From: Malacoraja senta
Lineage: Eukaryota
Length of the DNA stretch: 64,000 nucleotides
Assembly (NCBI GenBank): GCA_038087875.1
Contig: CM075991.1
Location: 8,744,001 to 8,808,000 of the forward strand
Direction: 5' to 3'
Numbering within the stretch: the stretch's first letter is position 1; every line of letters begins with the position of its first letter. Under the pieces are notes generated by a model. The model had not been told where the DNA came from, did not search any database, and saw nothing but the letters and a program-made list of their open reading frames with translations. Position numbers and translations under genes: made by a program. This document shows, in pieces, positions 63,250 through 64,000 of the stretch.

Positions 63250-63568
63250 AAGCCCTGTCCCACTGTACGAGTTCATTCCAAGAGTTCTCCCGAGTTTGCC
63301 CTGATTCGAACTGGGAGATTTACAGTAATGGCCGCTCGTCGGTACTCGGGGCTCTCGTGGACATTTTTCAACATGTTGAAAAATCTTCACGAGTCTTCCC
63401 GAGCTTACCGCGTTTCCCGAGTACCTGCCGTTAGCGTTACGAGCCGCTAAGAGATGTTCCTGAGCTCTGACGTACCCGCTACGTTCATTCTATGTACTTA
63501 CCACGAGTTTGATTTTTTTTAAAACTCGGGAGAGCTCTTGAATGAACTCGTACCGTGGGACAGGGCCA
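63250..63568 (+). mobile_element. MITE family A
   Basis: TAA TSD and ~47-bp TIRs. Confidence 0.9.
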
Positions 63569-63624
63569 TAAGGGGTTATAGCCCTGAATTAGAGTCAATG
63601 CCTTCGAGTGTGGGACTCCAGGTT

Positions 63625-63965
63625 TTGGGAAAACATGTTCCCCATGTTGGGGGGGAGTCTAGAACCAGGGGTCACAGTTTAAGAATAAGGGGTAGGCCAT
63701 TTAGGACTGAGATGAGGAAATTCTTTCTCACCCAGAGAGTTGTGAATCTGTGGAATTCCCTGCCACGGAAGGCAGTGGAGGTCAATTCAAGGATGTTTTC
63801 AAGAGAGAGTTAGATTTAGCTCTTAGGGCTAACGGAACCAAGGGCAATGGGGAGAAAGCAGGAACGCGGTACTGATTTGGAATCATTTTAAATGGCGGTG
63901 CTAGCTTGAAGGGCCGAATGGCCTCCTCCAGCACCTATTTTCTATATTTCTATGTTTCCATGTTT
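63625..63965 (+). mobile_element. CR1 3' fragment
   Basis: Encodes GESRTRGHSLRIRGRPFRTEMRK. Confidence 0.82.
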
Positions 63966-64000
63966 CGGTTGTTGGCCATTAGTCTGAAGAAGGGTTTCGG

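Overview
A repeat-saturated, non-coding eukaryotic window (intergenic or deep intronic). The repeat families suggest a cartilaginous fish, probably a skate or ray (inference): HE1-like V-SINEs, several CR1 families, Rex1/Babar, L2, L1, Vingi-like and Penelope-like fragments. I found no host protein-coding exon, rRNA, true tRNA or CRISPR array. The ORFs I could assign come from transposons or microsatellites. Main content: (1) a full-length but inactivated 4.15-kb CR1 LINE (27941-32091, -) inserted in a Rex1/Babar fragment; (2) more than 20 V-SINE copies; (3) about 20 short Penelope-derived units, many with a minimal hammerhead-ribozyme core and often in fold-back form; (4) at least five MITE families sharing NNNNNCTGTCCCAC termini and 3-bp, mostly TWA, flanks, with oddly variable terminal bases; (5) hAT MITEs, a Tc1 end and a 1.04-kb TIR element whose empty-site paralog lies in the same window; (6) a Vingi-like insertion with a twin-priming-type inversion; (7) a teleost-like CORE-SINE and a possible L2 partner; (8) short unique AT-rich islands that may be conserved enhancers; (9) a 200-N gap at 58737-58936. 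Family names are assigned by eye from remembered consensus features, not from database searches.
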